This document shows positions 28,808 through 38,552 of a DNA stretch of 64,000 nucleotides, in pieces; position 1 is the stretch's first letter; every line of letters starts with the position of its first letter. Below the pieces are notes generated by a model. The model was given only the letters and a program-made list of their open reading frames with translations. It was not told where the DNA came from and did not search any database. The stretch comes from Candidatus Hodarchaeota archaeon (GTDB lineage Archaea > Asgardarchaeota > Heimdallarchaeia > Hodarchaeales > Hodarchaeaceae). The DNA is taken from assembly GCA_016839785.1 (NCBI GenBank), contig JAEOTQ010000177.1:1-64000 (forward strand), in the 5' to 3' direction. A program made the translations under genes and the position numbers.

Positions 28808-29362
28808 TTACAAGGTTACTGAAGAACTACCCGTTGGAGTAACAATCAATTCATAATCCTTCACAATAAATTTTACATTCATACCCCTGCCACCACCTGT
28901 AAATTCTTTCACTAGAGGTATTTTATGTAAATTTAGATTATTCTTTGTTGCTTTGATATTTTCCTTACCAATATCTAGAATATCAGATGATTTCTCAAAC
29001 ATCTTTGCCCCACCAACTAACTTAGCTTCTAAGGTATGGGAATGAAAACCAAGGCGTTGTAACTTCTCAATCATACGAGGAATCGCTTTATCTGAATATT
29101 TTGCTGGTAATTCTTTCTTACTTTGATTTGTTGTTCTTTTTTTATCATGTGATTCTGGGAGCATTATATGACCCATCACTGCGCAACGACTCTGACTTAA
29201 TTGGTGTTTTGGATAGATGACAAGTCCAACACAAGACCCAAGTGCTGGAATCTTTAGTTGATCTGTAGAATGTCCAATGACAATTTGGCTTATATCCACA
29301 TAGATCGTAGTGAGGGGTGTACGATCTCGTGGTTCTCCAGATAAAGGTTGATTATTAGTCAT
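28808..29362 (-). CDS. cheD: Chemoreceptor glutamine deamidase CheD
   Basis: LGSCVGL, GHIMLP, KYSD.AI, AKLVGGAKMF, IGKEN, TGGGRG. Confidence 0.95.
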   Translation of the reverse strand: MTNNQPLSGEPRDRTPLTTIYVDISQIVIGHSTDQLKIPALGSCVGLVIYPKHQLSQSRCAVMGHIMLPESHDKKRTTNQSKKELPAKYSDKAIPRMIEKLQRLGFHSHTLEAKLVGGAKMFEKSSDILDIGKENIKATKNNLNLHKIPLVKEFTGGGRGMNVKFIVKDYELIVTPTGSSSVTL

Positions 29363-29398
29363 TGATACACTTCTGAATTTTAGGGTCTAAAACGCAAT

Positions 29399-30052
29399 TT
29401 AATACATCTCTTCTGAAAACAAAGACTTCATGAAATCATCAAATGTGTCAGATTGTGGAACAATGGCTAGATCTACTGCTATATTTCGTTCAGAAGTAAA
29501 AATGTCACATTCAACCACAAGAACAGTTGAAGGACCTTGATTCAATTCCTTCAATTCATGCTCATCAAGTGAGTCAATAGAGCCAATTCTTAAAACTGGA
29601 GGGGATGGAAACGAATTGGCTTTTAAAAAGTAATTCAAGGCCTCTAGATATTTCAAAAGTAGAATAGAGCCAGTTTCCTTTATTAGTGACAGATAAAGAG
29701 GTGATAATTCAGAAAGCTTTGTTTGAACAAGATCAGGAGCTGAAGTGGTCATTAAATTGATGATTTTAGCTACACTTAATTTGTCAAAAAAAACTAGGAG
29801 TGAATATTTCAAATCACTCACAGTTTTTAAGGAAATAATTGCTAGTTCTTGATCTGTTGGCATCTTTACCAAAGTGTGTATCGATTTTACACTATCAAGA
29901 GCGACATTCGGGATACTCATATAGGTCGATCGGTTTAGAAACTGAGTTAAAGCTGTAGCTGCCTGTCCTGCACCAATATTACCTACCTCTTGTAATGCAT
30001 CTAGGTGGAAATCCGACAATTTCTCAAAATTATACTTTTCTTCATTATGCAT
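29399..30052 (-). CDS. cheC: CheY-P phosphatase CheC
   Basis: DALQEVGNIGAGQAATAL...MSIPNV; second repeat SLIKETGSIL has N->S. Confidence 0.92.
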   Translation of the reverse strand: MHNEEKYNFEKLSDFHLDALQEVGNIGAGQAATALTQFLNRSTYMSIPNVALDSVKSIHTLVKMPTDQELAIISLKTVSDLKYSLLVFFDKLSVAKIINLMTTSAPDLVQTKLSELSPLYLSLIKETGSILLLKYLEALNYFLKANSFPSPPVLRIGSIDSLDEHELKELNQGPSTVLVVECDIFTSERNIAVDLAIVPQSDTFDDFMKSLFSEEMY

Positions 30053-31940
30053 GTATAGAAGTCTCCAAAAAATTCATGGGGTCAAGTATTAACACAACTT
30101 GTCCTCCTTCTAAGATAGTCGCACCAGAAAAGGTTCCCAATTGGCTAAGAAAGTTGTTAATCGGTTTAATGACAACATCTCTTTCTCCTAGTAATTCTTT
30201 CACTAAAAATCCCAAAGTACGAGCCCCTTTTCGCCATAGGACGACGTTTTCTTTTTCTGTAATATGATTACTCCTAATTTTATTTGTAATTGAAGTGGAA
30301 CTCGGAGAAGACGAGTTATAATTTAGAAAACTCGTTAAATCGATTAGAGGAACAGGAGTATTATCAACAATAATCGATTTGGTGTTTGATTCCGAGTCCT
30401 GAAGAATTTTATCTATAGGAACAGTCAGAATCTGGTCAATATTAGCCATTGGAATGGCTAACCGCTGTTCCTGAATACTTAGCATTAAAACCTTAGTTAT
30501 CGCTACTGAAATTGGAATGATTAATCGAATAGAGGTAAATTTTCCTGGTTCAGATTCCACCTCGATATTTCCACCAATTTCTTCTACTATTTCTTTGACG
30601 ATGTTGAGCCCCACGCCTCGACCCGATATCTCAGTTGTTTTATCCGTCGTTGATAAATTTTGAGAGAAAAGTAGAGCATGTAACTCTTCATGAGTTAAGT
30701 CAGTTCCTGAAGGGATTAGTCCTAAATTTTTTGCTTTCTTACTGATTTTCTTATAATCTAGCCCACATCCATCATCTTTAATCTCGATTACAATGTCTGA
30801 CCGCTCATGATTAATATTAAGTCTGATAGTACCTCGTTCGTCTTTTTTCTTCTTAATCCGATCTGCAGGTAATTCTATTCCGTGATCTACAGCATTTCTG
30901 AGCAAGTGTGTAAGTGGATTTGTTAATTGCTCAATAACAGACCGATCAACACCGATGTGCTTCCCAGAAATAATCAAATCTACCTTTTTGTCACTTTTTT
31001 GACCCAAATCACGGACCATTCTAGGAAAACGTGTTAAAATTGTCTCTAGAGGTACTAATCTCATTTTAATGACCAAATCCTGTATGTTGGAGATGGTTCT
31101 TTCATAACTTGCTAAATTTTCTTTAAATGATCTAGAGTATGCTTGTTGTTCTCCTATCTCACGAATAAACTGACCAGATATCACTAATTCACCTAAAAGT
31201 TGAATTATACGGTCTAAATCTTTGAGTCCAACTCTTACATTTAGAGGTTCTTGGCTATCATCCATAACACTTGTCTTTTCAACTGTGCTCACCGAATCTA
31301 AAAGACGAGATATATTTGCCGAGATTACATCTTGAGTCTCTTCTATAATCTGTGTTATTGCCTCTTCATCCTCTTGAGTTGTCAATTCCACAAACAACTC
31401 TTTGAAAGTTATTCCTGCTTGAATTTCCTCCATAGGTGGAACAGTGCGTTCAACTGTCGCTTTTTTCTGTAGTTTCTTCAGAAGAACTAAAGTGCGTGCG
31501 CTTATAACCTTGCAATCTGGACTAAATAGTACCTTAATACCAAATTTATTTCCAAGATTGACAATGAAATCATCAAATGAAGCTAATTGCTGAGTAAGCT
31601 GATCAAATCTTAGCAACTCGGGTGTTTTCCCACCACGTAGTGAATTTGCAAGGCTTTGCAACTCATCACTGTATTGGAATAGAAGTGATACGACCTTTTC
31701 AACCCCTCCACTGTCAATAGTTGATAATAAATTTTCCATGCTATGAGTCATGGAACTAAGTTGTGGATACCCAGACAGAGAAAATAGCCCTTTAAGACTG
31801 TGTAAAGTATGAAGAATTCTATCAGATTTCTTCTTTGGATTTTTTTCTAATTCTAATAATCCAGTATTCAGCTCTTCAACACGTTCGGTTAGTTCCAATA
31901 ACATAACATCTTGGAACTCTTCTGTTTCAAAATCTTCCAT
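30045..31940 (-). CDS. cheA: Chemotaxis histidine kinase CheA (P1-P2-P3-P4-P5)
   Basis: HSLKG (HPt), VRV..LD..LGELVI, PLTHLLRNAVDHGIE, DDGCG, SGRGVGL, C-terminal CheW-like domain. Confidence 0.96.
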   Translation of the reverse strand: MEDFETEEFQDVMLLELTERVEELNTGLLELEKNPKKKSDRILHTLHSLKGLFSLSGYPQLSSMTHSMENLLSTIDSGGVEKVVSLLFQYSDELQSLANSLRGGKTPELLRFDQLTQQLASFDDFIVNLGNKFGIKVLFSPDCKVISARTLVLLKKLQKKATVERTVPPMEEIQAGITFKELFVELTTQEDEEAITQIIEETQDVISANISRLLDSVSTVEKTSVMDDSQEPLNVRVGLKDLDRIIQLLGELVISGQFIREIGEQQAYSRSFKENLASYERTISNIQDLVIKMRLVPLETILTRFPRMVRDLGQKSDKKVDLIISGKHIGVDRSVIEQLTNPLTHLLRNAVDHGIELPADRIKKKKDERGTIRLNINHERSDIVIEIKDDGCGLDYKKISKKAKNLGLIPSGTDLTHEELHALLFSQNLSTTDKTTEISGRGVGLNIVKEIVEEIGGNIEVESEPGKFTSIRLIIPISVAITKVLMLSIQEQRLAIPMANIDQILTVPIDKILQDSESNTKSIIVDNTPVPLIDLTSFLNYNSSSPSSTSITNKIRSNHITEKENVVLWRKGARTLGFLVKELLGERDVVIKPINNFLSQLGTFSGATILEGGQVVLILDPMNFLETSIHA

Positions 31941-32000
31941 TAATAAGAACCTTCAGTTAATTTTTACACGTACAAATTAAGGCCGTTTATGTTCTATTCA

Positions 32001-32360
32001 TTATAGCAGTACGTTTTCAATCGCTTGAACAAGCTGATCGACTTTGAACGGTTTAATAACAAAATCCTTTGCCCCAATTTTCAGTGCTTGTCGTACAAGG
32101 GGTTCATGCCCCAATGCTGTAACCACTACAAAATTGGCTTTAGGATCTATTGCCATAATCTCTTTCATTGCTAAAAGACCGTTCATTTTTGGCATAACGA
32201 TATCCATCGTCACGACATCAGGTTTGAAATTCTTATACTGTTCGATCGCTTCAGAACCTGTCTCAGCCTCTGCGACAACTTCGTGGCCGTGTTTCTTCAA
32301 GATCTTACTTATCATTAGACGTAGATATTTTGAATCGTCTACAATTAGGACGTTAGCCAT
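32001..32360 (-). CDS. cheY: Chemotaxis response regulator CheY
   Basis: VLIVDD, TMDIVMPKMNG, VTA, FVIKPF; stand-alone receiver in a che operon. Confidence 0.95.
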   Translation of the reverse strand: MANVLIVDDSKYLRLMISKILKKHGHEVVAEAETGSEAIEQYKNFKPDVVTMDIVMPKMNGLLAMKEIMAIDPKANFVVVTALGHEPLVRQALKIGAKDFVIKPFKVDQLVQAIENVLL

Positions 32361-32363
32361 GTT

Positions 32364-34616
32364 TTACTCCTCTTCTTCATTTTTTTCTTGTTTATTACTC
32401 GTTATTAGGGGATTTAACCCCTTTTTCGTTATGATTTTTGTTAGAAACTCATTTTCAATGATATTCACTGAAGATGAGCTATTATCATCAATAAATTGGT
32501 TTTGACAACATTTAATACCCTCTAAAAATAAATTATTCTTTACCCAAGGTATTAAATCGTCCTTAAATGTTGTTACCACGGCTTCCAAATTATCTACTGG
32601 AATCAGGTAAATTTTCTCCTCAATTACTATCGAGAAGAAATCAATTTCGTTATCAAAATTTATTTGTTCACTTGTGACCAATATAAGCGATGTTAAATCA
32701 AGTATTGGATATTCATTATCATTTATGACGCCTTTTCCAAGAATTGGATGAGCTTCAGTTGCAGATTTAGTAATCTCTACTGATGTACTAAATACACCCT
32801 GTACAAAAGCAACATCAATAGCTAATTTTACGTCACTTAATTGGAATACAAGATAATTTAATCGATCTTTATCAAGATGCGTTGAGAGATAAAGATCTCG
32901 TTCCTTGTTCTGGTCTTGAAGTCGTGTTAAAGAGTGTTTGTCTTCAGGAAGTAATTTAGAAACCATATCCTCAGCATTTTGCATATTTAATTCTGTTCTG
33001 ATAATTGAATAGGTTTCTTCTATTAATCGATTTGGTTTTACGATTATACCAAGTTTTCCGTTATAAGAAAAAAAGCCAGAAATTATTTGGGACAGCATTT
33101 TCGTGTAAAAACTTGTTTCAGGTTGGAATATAGCGAGCTGTTCTATTGAGGTTTGACCTAAAATATTCTGTACAATAAAAGTGGCTTCTAAACCACTTTT
33201 TTGATCATGGAGTACTACTCCAGCTAATTTTCCAGAAGAATTGTGATCAAATTTCTGTCCTTGAACTAGAAAATTGAAATCGACCAAGGGACTTAATACT
33301 TGATGAGAAGTAATCCCTAGGATAGCGTCATGACCATAATCGCTTTGGAAAAATGCCTCCTGCTTTACAATTTGTAATACGTATTCAGAATCGATGAAAT
33401 AAAGAATCTCTTCATTTTGAATTAAAAGTCCCTCTTGGGACGAACTTTTTACCTTCTCTGAATCAGTTTTATCAGGATTTTGAAAGGAAATAATCGGTGA
33501 ATTGAACTCTTCAAGACTTCCTGAAGTGAAATACTTTGTAAAGATATAACTTATATTTAGAATTAAAATGATATTTCCAGATTGCTCAAGAATAACACCC
33601 TTGAATATATAATCAGCATTACCCTCATTATTCAGTGTGATAGTTTGCCTGATGTCTGTTTTCTGAATCTCAATGATTCGAGGAATTTCATCCATCATAA
33701 GAGCAAGTTTTTCATTTCCATACTCTACAATTAACGCGCGTGTCTGTTCAAAGTCTTTCTCGTTAATACTTGAATTTGAATTACCTAAAAGTAATTTCTC
33801 CAAGTTAATAGCATTTATTATCTCACCTTGATAATTAATAGCCCCAACAATAATATCAGAGGTATTCGGAATCTCGGTTAACCGTGAGATGGTAAATATT
33901 CTAGACACATTTTCATTTGGGATTAGAATTGATAGGTCCTGGACAGAGATAACTGTTCCTGTATACTTAACTTCTTTTGGGGGGCGGATTAATCTATCCG
34001 CTCTCCATCCTGAAATGGGTGCTGTTCTCTGAATTTGGTGTTGTAGATTAATATTGTACCCTTCTAGAGTATCGGTGTTATCATTGAGAGCGCTTGAAAC
34101 TTGGAGAGAGGAAAGCGACTTCTGAAATGAAATATTAGAGTCTAACAAGATCTGATTGAAAATCATGTTAATTTTAAGTTGTACAACAATATTCTCCTCC
34201 CACATAAAAGCGGAATTAAAAAATGAATTAGCGATGGCTTCACCATCAGTAAACAAATTTCTTGTCAAAGTTTCATCTGTTTTACCTATTATACCAATGA
34301 TACTTTCAACCTTCAAAAAAATTGTCTGTTCCTCGTAATCGACCACTAGAAAGTTCCGACTTTTTGTATCAGAATGTTTTTTGTCTTTTTCAATTCCATA
34401 GAAGTAGGTTCCCAAATCTATTGCTGCTAATACTTTCCCTTGAAAAGCTGTTGATCCCAAAAAATAAGGAATGGTGTTTGCAACTGGATTTATGAACGGA
34501 TTCTGTATGATTTGAAATATCAAGGAGTTATCAATAACAAAATGCTTACCACGCAAAGTAAAAAGGACAAAACTACTTTTAACATTTCTTCCCTTTGTAG
34601 TACTTGCTATGGTCAT
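32364..34616 (-). CDS. Protein with four tandem CheW-like domains
   Basis: Four repeats of the CheW pattern: FLGSTAFQGKVLAAIDL; IVGAINYQGEIINAINL; ILGITSHQVLSPLVDF; ILGKGVINDNEYPILDL. Confidence 0.85.
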   Translation of the reverse strand: MTIASTTKGRNVKSSFVLFTLRGKHFVIDNSLIFQIIQNPFINPVANTIPYFLGSTAFQGKVLAAIDLGTYFYGIEKDKKHSDTKSRNFLVVDYEEQTIFLKVESIIGIIGKTDETLTRNLFTDGEAIANSFFNSAFMWEENIVVQLKINMIFNQILLDSNISFQKSLSSLQVSSALNDNTDTLEGYNINLQHQIQRTAPISGWRADRLIRPPKEVKYTGTVISVQDLSILIPNENVSRIFTISRLTEIPNTSDIIVGAINYQGEIINAINLEKLLLGNSNSSINEKDFEQTRALIVEYGNEKLALMMDEIPRIIEIQKTDIRQTITLNNEGNADYIFKGVILEQSGNIILILNISYIFTKYFTSGSLEEFNSPIISFQNPDKTDSEKVKSSSQEGLLIQNEEILYFIDSEYVLQIVKQEAFFQSDYGHDAILGITSHQVLSPLVDFNFLVQGQKFDHNSSGKLAGVVLHDQKSGLEATFIVQNILGQTSIEQLAIFQPETSFYTKMLSQIISGFFSYNGKLGIIVKPNRLIEETYSIIRTELNMQNAEDMVSKLLPEDKHSLTRLQDQNKERDLYLSTHLDKDRLNYLVFQLSDVKLAIDVAFVQGVFSTSVEITKSATEAHPILGKGVINDNEYPILDLTSLILVTSEQINFDNEIDFFSIVIEEKIYLIPVDNLEAVVTTFKDDLIPWVKNNLFLEGIKCCQNQFIDDNSSSSVNIIENEFLTKIITKKGLNPLITSNKQEKNEEEE

Positions 34617-34736
34617 AATAATTACCTTAAAACGCCTTTTTTACATGAATTCTATTCTTACTATCATTTCGTTCATTATTAAGTAGCTTGATTACTTTGA
34701 TAATTCTTTGTCTTTTGTCATATCTTCCATAAAACT

Positions 34737-35309
34737 TTAAGAACCTTCATCTGGCAAAGTATACTGACTAAAATCGAAATCCATGTCATCTGTATCTTCT
34801 TGTACTTGTAATTTTTCAGAAGTTTTAAGAACGGTAAAATAATTTCCTATTACCTTCTCAGGATCAACAATAAATACATCTGATTGATCATCTAATATTC
34901 CAATTTGAGTAATCAATGACTCATCAACGAGCTCTTTCCCCTTGAATTTGGATTGATCTGCATCTGTAAAACTTCTGATCTTTAATATTTGATTTACTTG
35001 ATCTACTAATATACCAATGTCTTGCCCCTTAATTGTGACTACAAGGACATTATAATTTCCATTTTTCTTCTCAGCTTGTCTATCGAACTGAGCTCCCCAT
35101 AGAAGTACTGAAAGATCGAATACACTTAATATATAACCTCTAAGTTCTGTTATGCCAGAGAGAACTTGTGAAGTCTTAGGGAGCTTCAATATCTTGTCAG
35201 TTTGAAAAACTTCTTTTATATAATCTATTTTGATTCCGTATACATCCTTTACGATCTGGAAAACAAGATATTTTTCTGGAGTATGAAGTGAAGATTTCAT
35301 AAATATCAT
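34737..35309 (-). CDS. cheW: Chemotaxis adaptor CheW
   Basis: YLVFQI..YGIKI..IKEV...LP..GITELRGYILSVFDL, IGILVDQV; acidic tail. Confidence 0.93.
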   Translation of the reverse strand: MIFMKSSLHTPEKYLVFQIVKDVYGIKIDYIKEVFQTDKILKLPKTSQVLSGITELRGYILSVFDLSVLLWGAQFDRQAEKKNGNYNVLVVTIKGQDIGILVDQVNQILKIRSFTDADQSKFKGKELVDESLITQIGILDDQSDVFIVDPEKVIGNYFTVLKTSEKLQVQEDTDDMDFDFSQYTLPDEGS

Positions 35310-36025
35310 TCCTTTTTATTTGCATTAAGTATCTGTCTGAAATTTTTCATTACTTTATTGAACTTCGAGTTAATTGGTTTTTGTATCTCTTTTGTAGTTC
35401 CTGAGTACTTTGAGCTAAGATAAGTAGAATCTGATTGCTCCATGGAATCCAAACTTCTTTCTAACTCAAAATCCTCAATATGTGTTGTAGTAGTCTCCAT
35501 AACTATATTGTCAACAATGCTCCCTAACTGAGGAAAAATCGAGGATTTCTTTTCCTCCAAAGCTTGATCTGTAAAATCGAAGCTAATTTCTTCCACAAAT
35601 CCAGATTCATATGAAGGAAGGCTGACAAGCATGAAAATAGTCTCGAATATTCTTGATGAAAGATCATCAATAGACTCAAGGAAAACGCGATTCGTTAAAT
35701 ATGATAGTGGGAAATTTATAACTGTTAATAGGCATACAAGATCATTTTGAGTTCGGACAAATATGCGTGAACCTTCTTTTACTCCAATATCGTTTAATTC
35801 CATATTATTTCCAATCATTTCCCCGAATTGTACAATGGCAGCCATTAAACCTGCAATCAGTGCTGGATCCTCCCCTGGAGAATTAGAAATCCTTTTATAC
35901 ACTCTAGAGAATACGGGAAGACCACTTCGCTTATTTAATAAAAGAATTTCTCGAACATTGAGGTGGATACCAGCAATATCTTCTTGATTCTTATCTCTAT
36001 CATCTATTTCCCGCTGGACGATAAT
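35306..36025 (-). CDS. Longin-like protein in the che operon; probable non-canonical ATT/ATC start
   Basis: The frame stays open 41 codons upstream of the GTG at 35902, giving VREILLLNKRSGLPVFSRVY...DPALIAGLMAAIVQFGEMIG...IFVRTQNDLVCLLTV. GAGGTG lies at 36032-36037 just ahead of ATT (36025) / ATC (36022). ATGA overlap with cheW. Confidence 0.7.
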   Translation of the reverse strand: MIVQREIDDRDKNQEDIAGIHLNVREILLLNKRSGLPVFSRVYKRISNSPGEDPALIAGLMAAIVQFGEMIGNNMELNDIGVKEGSRIFVRTQNDLVCLLTVINFPLSYLTNRVFLESIDDLSSRIFETIFMLVSLPSYESGFVEEISFDFTDQALEEKKSSIFPQLGSIVDNIVMETTTTHIEDFELERSLDSMEQSDSTYLSSKYSGTTKEIQKPINSKFNKVMKNFRQILNANKKE

Positions 36026-36328
36026 TTATAACACCTCAATCTCTTTATAATCATGATACTTCATAGTAATTCCAATGAAGCAAAAGTTCTTACTTCGCAT
36101 TTTGGTAGTATTGCTCCTTCAATTATAACCTATCTAAATAAAACAAGCTTTCATAATAAATAGAAATACGGTAACGAAAATGGAAAAATTAGTAAAAAAA
36201 TAGTTTTAGAATGAATTTCGGAGTCTTCTAACTTAAAATCTGTGTAAAGTGATTGAGAATTTCCGCACACTAAGTCGACGCTTAACCTGATTAAGAATTA
36301 TATATTTGAGCAAAAAATCTTATCAAAT

Positions 36329-37429
36329 TCATCCATAGCGGTTGTAACAATAATCAACTATAATTTCAGGAATTTTATGTAAAGGTGCTACACGATCAAC
36401 TAAGTTGCCCTCAATAACTTTCTTTGGCATCCCATAAATAACACAGGTGGATTCATGTTCAGCAATGATATTCCCTTTAACGGCCTTTATGCTCTTTGCA
36501 CCATCAAATCCATCCTTCCCCATACCTGTAAGGACAATCCCTACAACGTTTTCGCCGTACACCTTGGCTGCAGAAGTAAAAGTTACATCAGCTGAGGGTA
36601 TCAGAAAGTTAATCTTTGGTCCTTTGTACATATTGAACCTTTTTCCCTCTTGAATCGCACAATGTTTTCCTCCTGGAGCTATATATACCTTATTAGGTCG
36701 AACTAACTCTCCGTCATCAGGAATAACTATATTTAAATGAGGATTTTCATTTTTTAATCCCTCTACCCAACGATTTACCATTTCTTCAACCATATGTTGA
36801 ATTATTACAATAGGAGGAAACTTTGAGGGAATTTTGGGGAGAATAAGACGAATTGCACGAGTTCCACCAGTCGAGGATGCTATTACAAATAGTCTATCTT
36901 GAAATTTCTTTAGCCCTTTCTTTGGTTTTCTGGCTGCAATAGGTTCTTCTTTCAAGTGGTACTCAAGATCAAACCCTTTTATCGCTTTTACCAAGTTCAT
37001 ATGAGAAAGAATGCTAATTTTACTCATCAATTCCTTTTCAAAGCGTTTTTTATCAAACGGGTCATCGCTTGGTTTTTTGACAAATTCTACATAGCCAGAA
37101 TTTATTGCTGCCATTCCTAGATTTGAAAGGGATTTGTCAACCTCCTTCTTGCTTAAAGAAGAGACAATTACCACAGGCATAGGATCACGATCCATAATAT
37201 GGCTAATTGTTTCGAATCCGTCCATTTCTGGGGGGGGACCCATCATAATGTCCATAGTGATAATATCTGGTTTAAACTTGGGAATTTCCATTTTAGTCAA
37301 AGCAATCTCGCCAGTAGCTGCCTTTCCAACTACTTTGATTTTTCTATTACCCCTTGTTAGGATATTTGAAATGGTTTGCCTATATAATGCTGAATCGTCG
37401 ACTATCAGTACTCTAATTTCATCCTTCAT
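36329..37429 (-). CDS. cheB: Chemotaxis methylesterase/response regulator CheB
   Basis: Receiver VLIVDDS/TMDIMM/VKKP; catalytic SSTGG, QHM, LTGMGKDG; YGMP. Confidence 0.96.
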   Translation of the reverse strand: MKDEIRVLIVDDSALYRQTISNILTRGNRKIKVVGKAATGEIALTKMEIPKFKPDIITMDIMMGPPPEMDGFETISHIMDRDPMPVVIVSSLSKKEVDKSLSNLGMAAINSGYVEFVKKPSDDPFDKKRFEKELMSKISILSHMNLVKAIKGFDLEYHLKEEPIAARKPKKGLKKFQDRLFVIASSTGGTRAIRLILPKIPSKFPPIVIIQHMVEEMVNRWVEGLKNENPHLNIVIPDDGELVRPNKVYIAPGGKHCAIQEGKRFNMYKGPKINFLIPSADVTFTSAAKVYGENVVGIVLTGMGKDGFDGAKSIKAVKGNIIAEHESTCVIYGMPKKVIEGNLVDRVAPLHKIPEIIVDYCYNRYG

Positions 37430-37606
37430 TTCTAAGAGGTCCTCGGTTTACGAAATAGCTACAAAATTGGATCAATATTGTCAATTCTGGCAACTCAAAA
37501 TGATTTCTTGACCAACAACCAGATTCTCATAGAGTGAATATTGTTGAATGTTTAAATATGTGGGTTTATTGTTGACCTCATAGACTAATAGAAAGAGGCT
37601 ATTTCA

Positions 37607-38383
37607 TTGGATTTTTATCGCTCAGAGAAATCGAATCAAGAAAAAGAAAATTTAAGCCAAGAAATCCGAGAGTTAAAAGAGCTTGTTCAAAAAAATTCCT
37701 TCTTAATTGCAGAAATCAAAAAGGAAAAGGAACAAACAACTCTTAGTTCTCATGACGTAACTACTAGTCAAGATAATGAAAATCAGAAATTACTGACTAA
37801 ATATGAGGAGCTAGTATCCAAATTAACAAGTCTAGAGGAGACAATAGCTCAGGATAAGCAAGAGACATTAAGTGAATATCAAAAATTCATTAAAAGCGGA
37901 TCTCAACTCGATTATAAAGATACTTTTGTACAATTCAAAGATCCATTACCATTAGTAGAAGAACGGGTTAATAAGAAACTTATGCTTATGAGTAAAACCC
38001 AGGAAGAAGCTCAAAACCAAATCAATACTCTTACAGAAGCTCTTGACATGCTTGGAACTGGAATGGAAGAACTACATAATTTCATCAATCTAAAAACTGC
38101 TAAAATTACAGATACTCATCATATCAGGACAGACAATAAACAAATCTTACAAGACTTTGTGACCAGTTTAGAAATTTTTGAACACGAAATTAAAACTGAA
38201 ATTAGTAAAATTGTTAATGATAAATTCAAAGCAATTAGTTCCCTTCTTGTAGTAGTTACAAGTAAAACTGCAGAAATTAAATTAATTCTCGATGAAATTG
38301 ACCCGCAAACCATTTCACAAGAAAAATCTGTAACTGAAATAGAAAGTCCAGAGTCTAATGATAAAAATACAAACCAATGGTAA
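37607..38383 (+). CDS. Hypothetical coiled-coil protein, divergent from cheB
   Basis: E/K/Q/L-rich heptad pattern over most of 258 aa. Confidence 0.65.
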   Translation: MDFYRSEKSNQEKENLSQEIRELKELVQKNSFLIAEIKKEKEQTTLSSHDVTTSQDNENQKLLTKYEELVSKLTSLEETIAQDKQETLSEYQKFIKSGSQLDYKDTFVQFKDPLPLVEERVNKKLMLMSKTQEEAQNQINTLTEALDMLGTGMEELHNFINLKTAKITDTHHIRTDNKQILQDFVTSLEIFEHEIKTEISKIVNDKFKAISSLLVVVTSKTAEIKLILDEIDPQTISQEKSVTEIESPESNDKNTNQW

Positions 38384-38552
38384 TAGAAAATAGGTTCTTA
38401 AAGTATTAATTGAAGTTTTACCATTTTATTGTTCATATAGGCAAGTAGATAAAACTTTTCAAGTTCATAATGGGGGAGGAAAGATTTTACTGTGAAGGCG
38501 CTCTTCCGCGAAAAATGTTTTTAACACATTAAACTGCGAAAAAGTGGAAAAG

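Noticed and set aside
32044-32505. Antisense ORFs over cheY/cheB/cheA and similar shadow ORFs elsewhere (e.g. 1445-1789, 12641-13045, 15462-15863, 37134-37511)
   Set aside because: They lie opposite well-supported genes and have no motifs; they are codon-bias shadows.
34690-34739. In-frame continuation (SFMEDMTKDKELSK*) past the cheW stop, as possible readthrough
   Set aside because: Only 14 codons, which is expected by chance; the CheW domain is already complete.
36038-36328. 290-bp gap between cheB and the longin gene as a possible ncRNA or riboswitch
   Set aside because: AT-rich with no convincing stem or known motif; more likely an internal promoter region.
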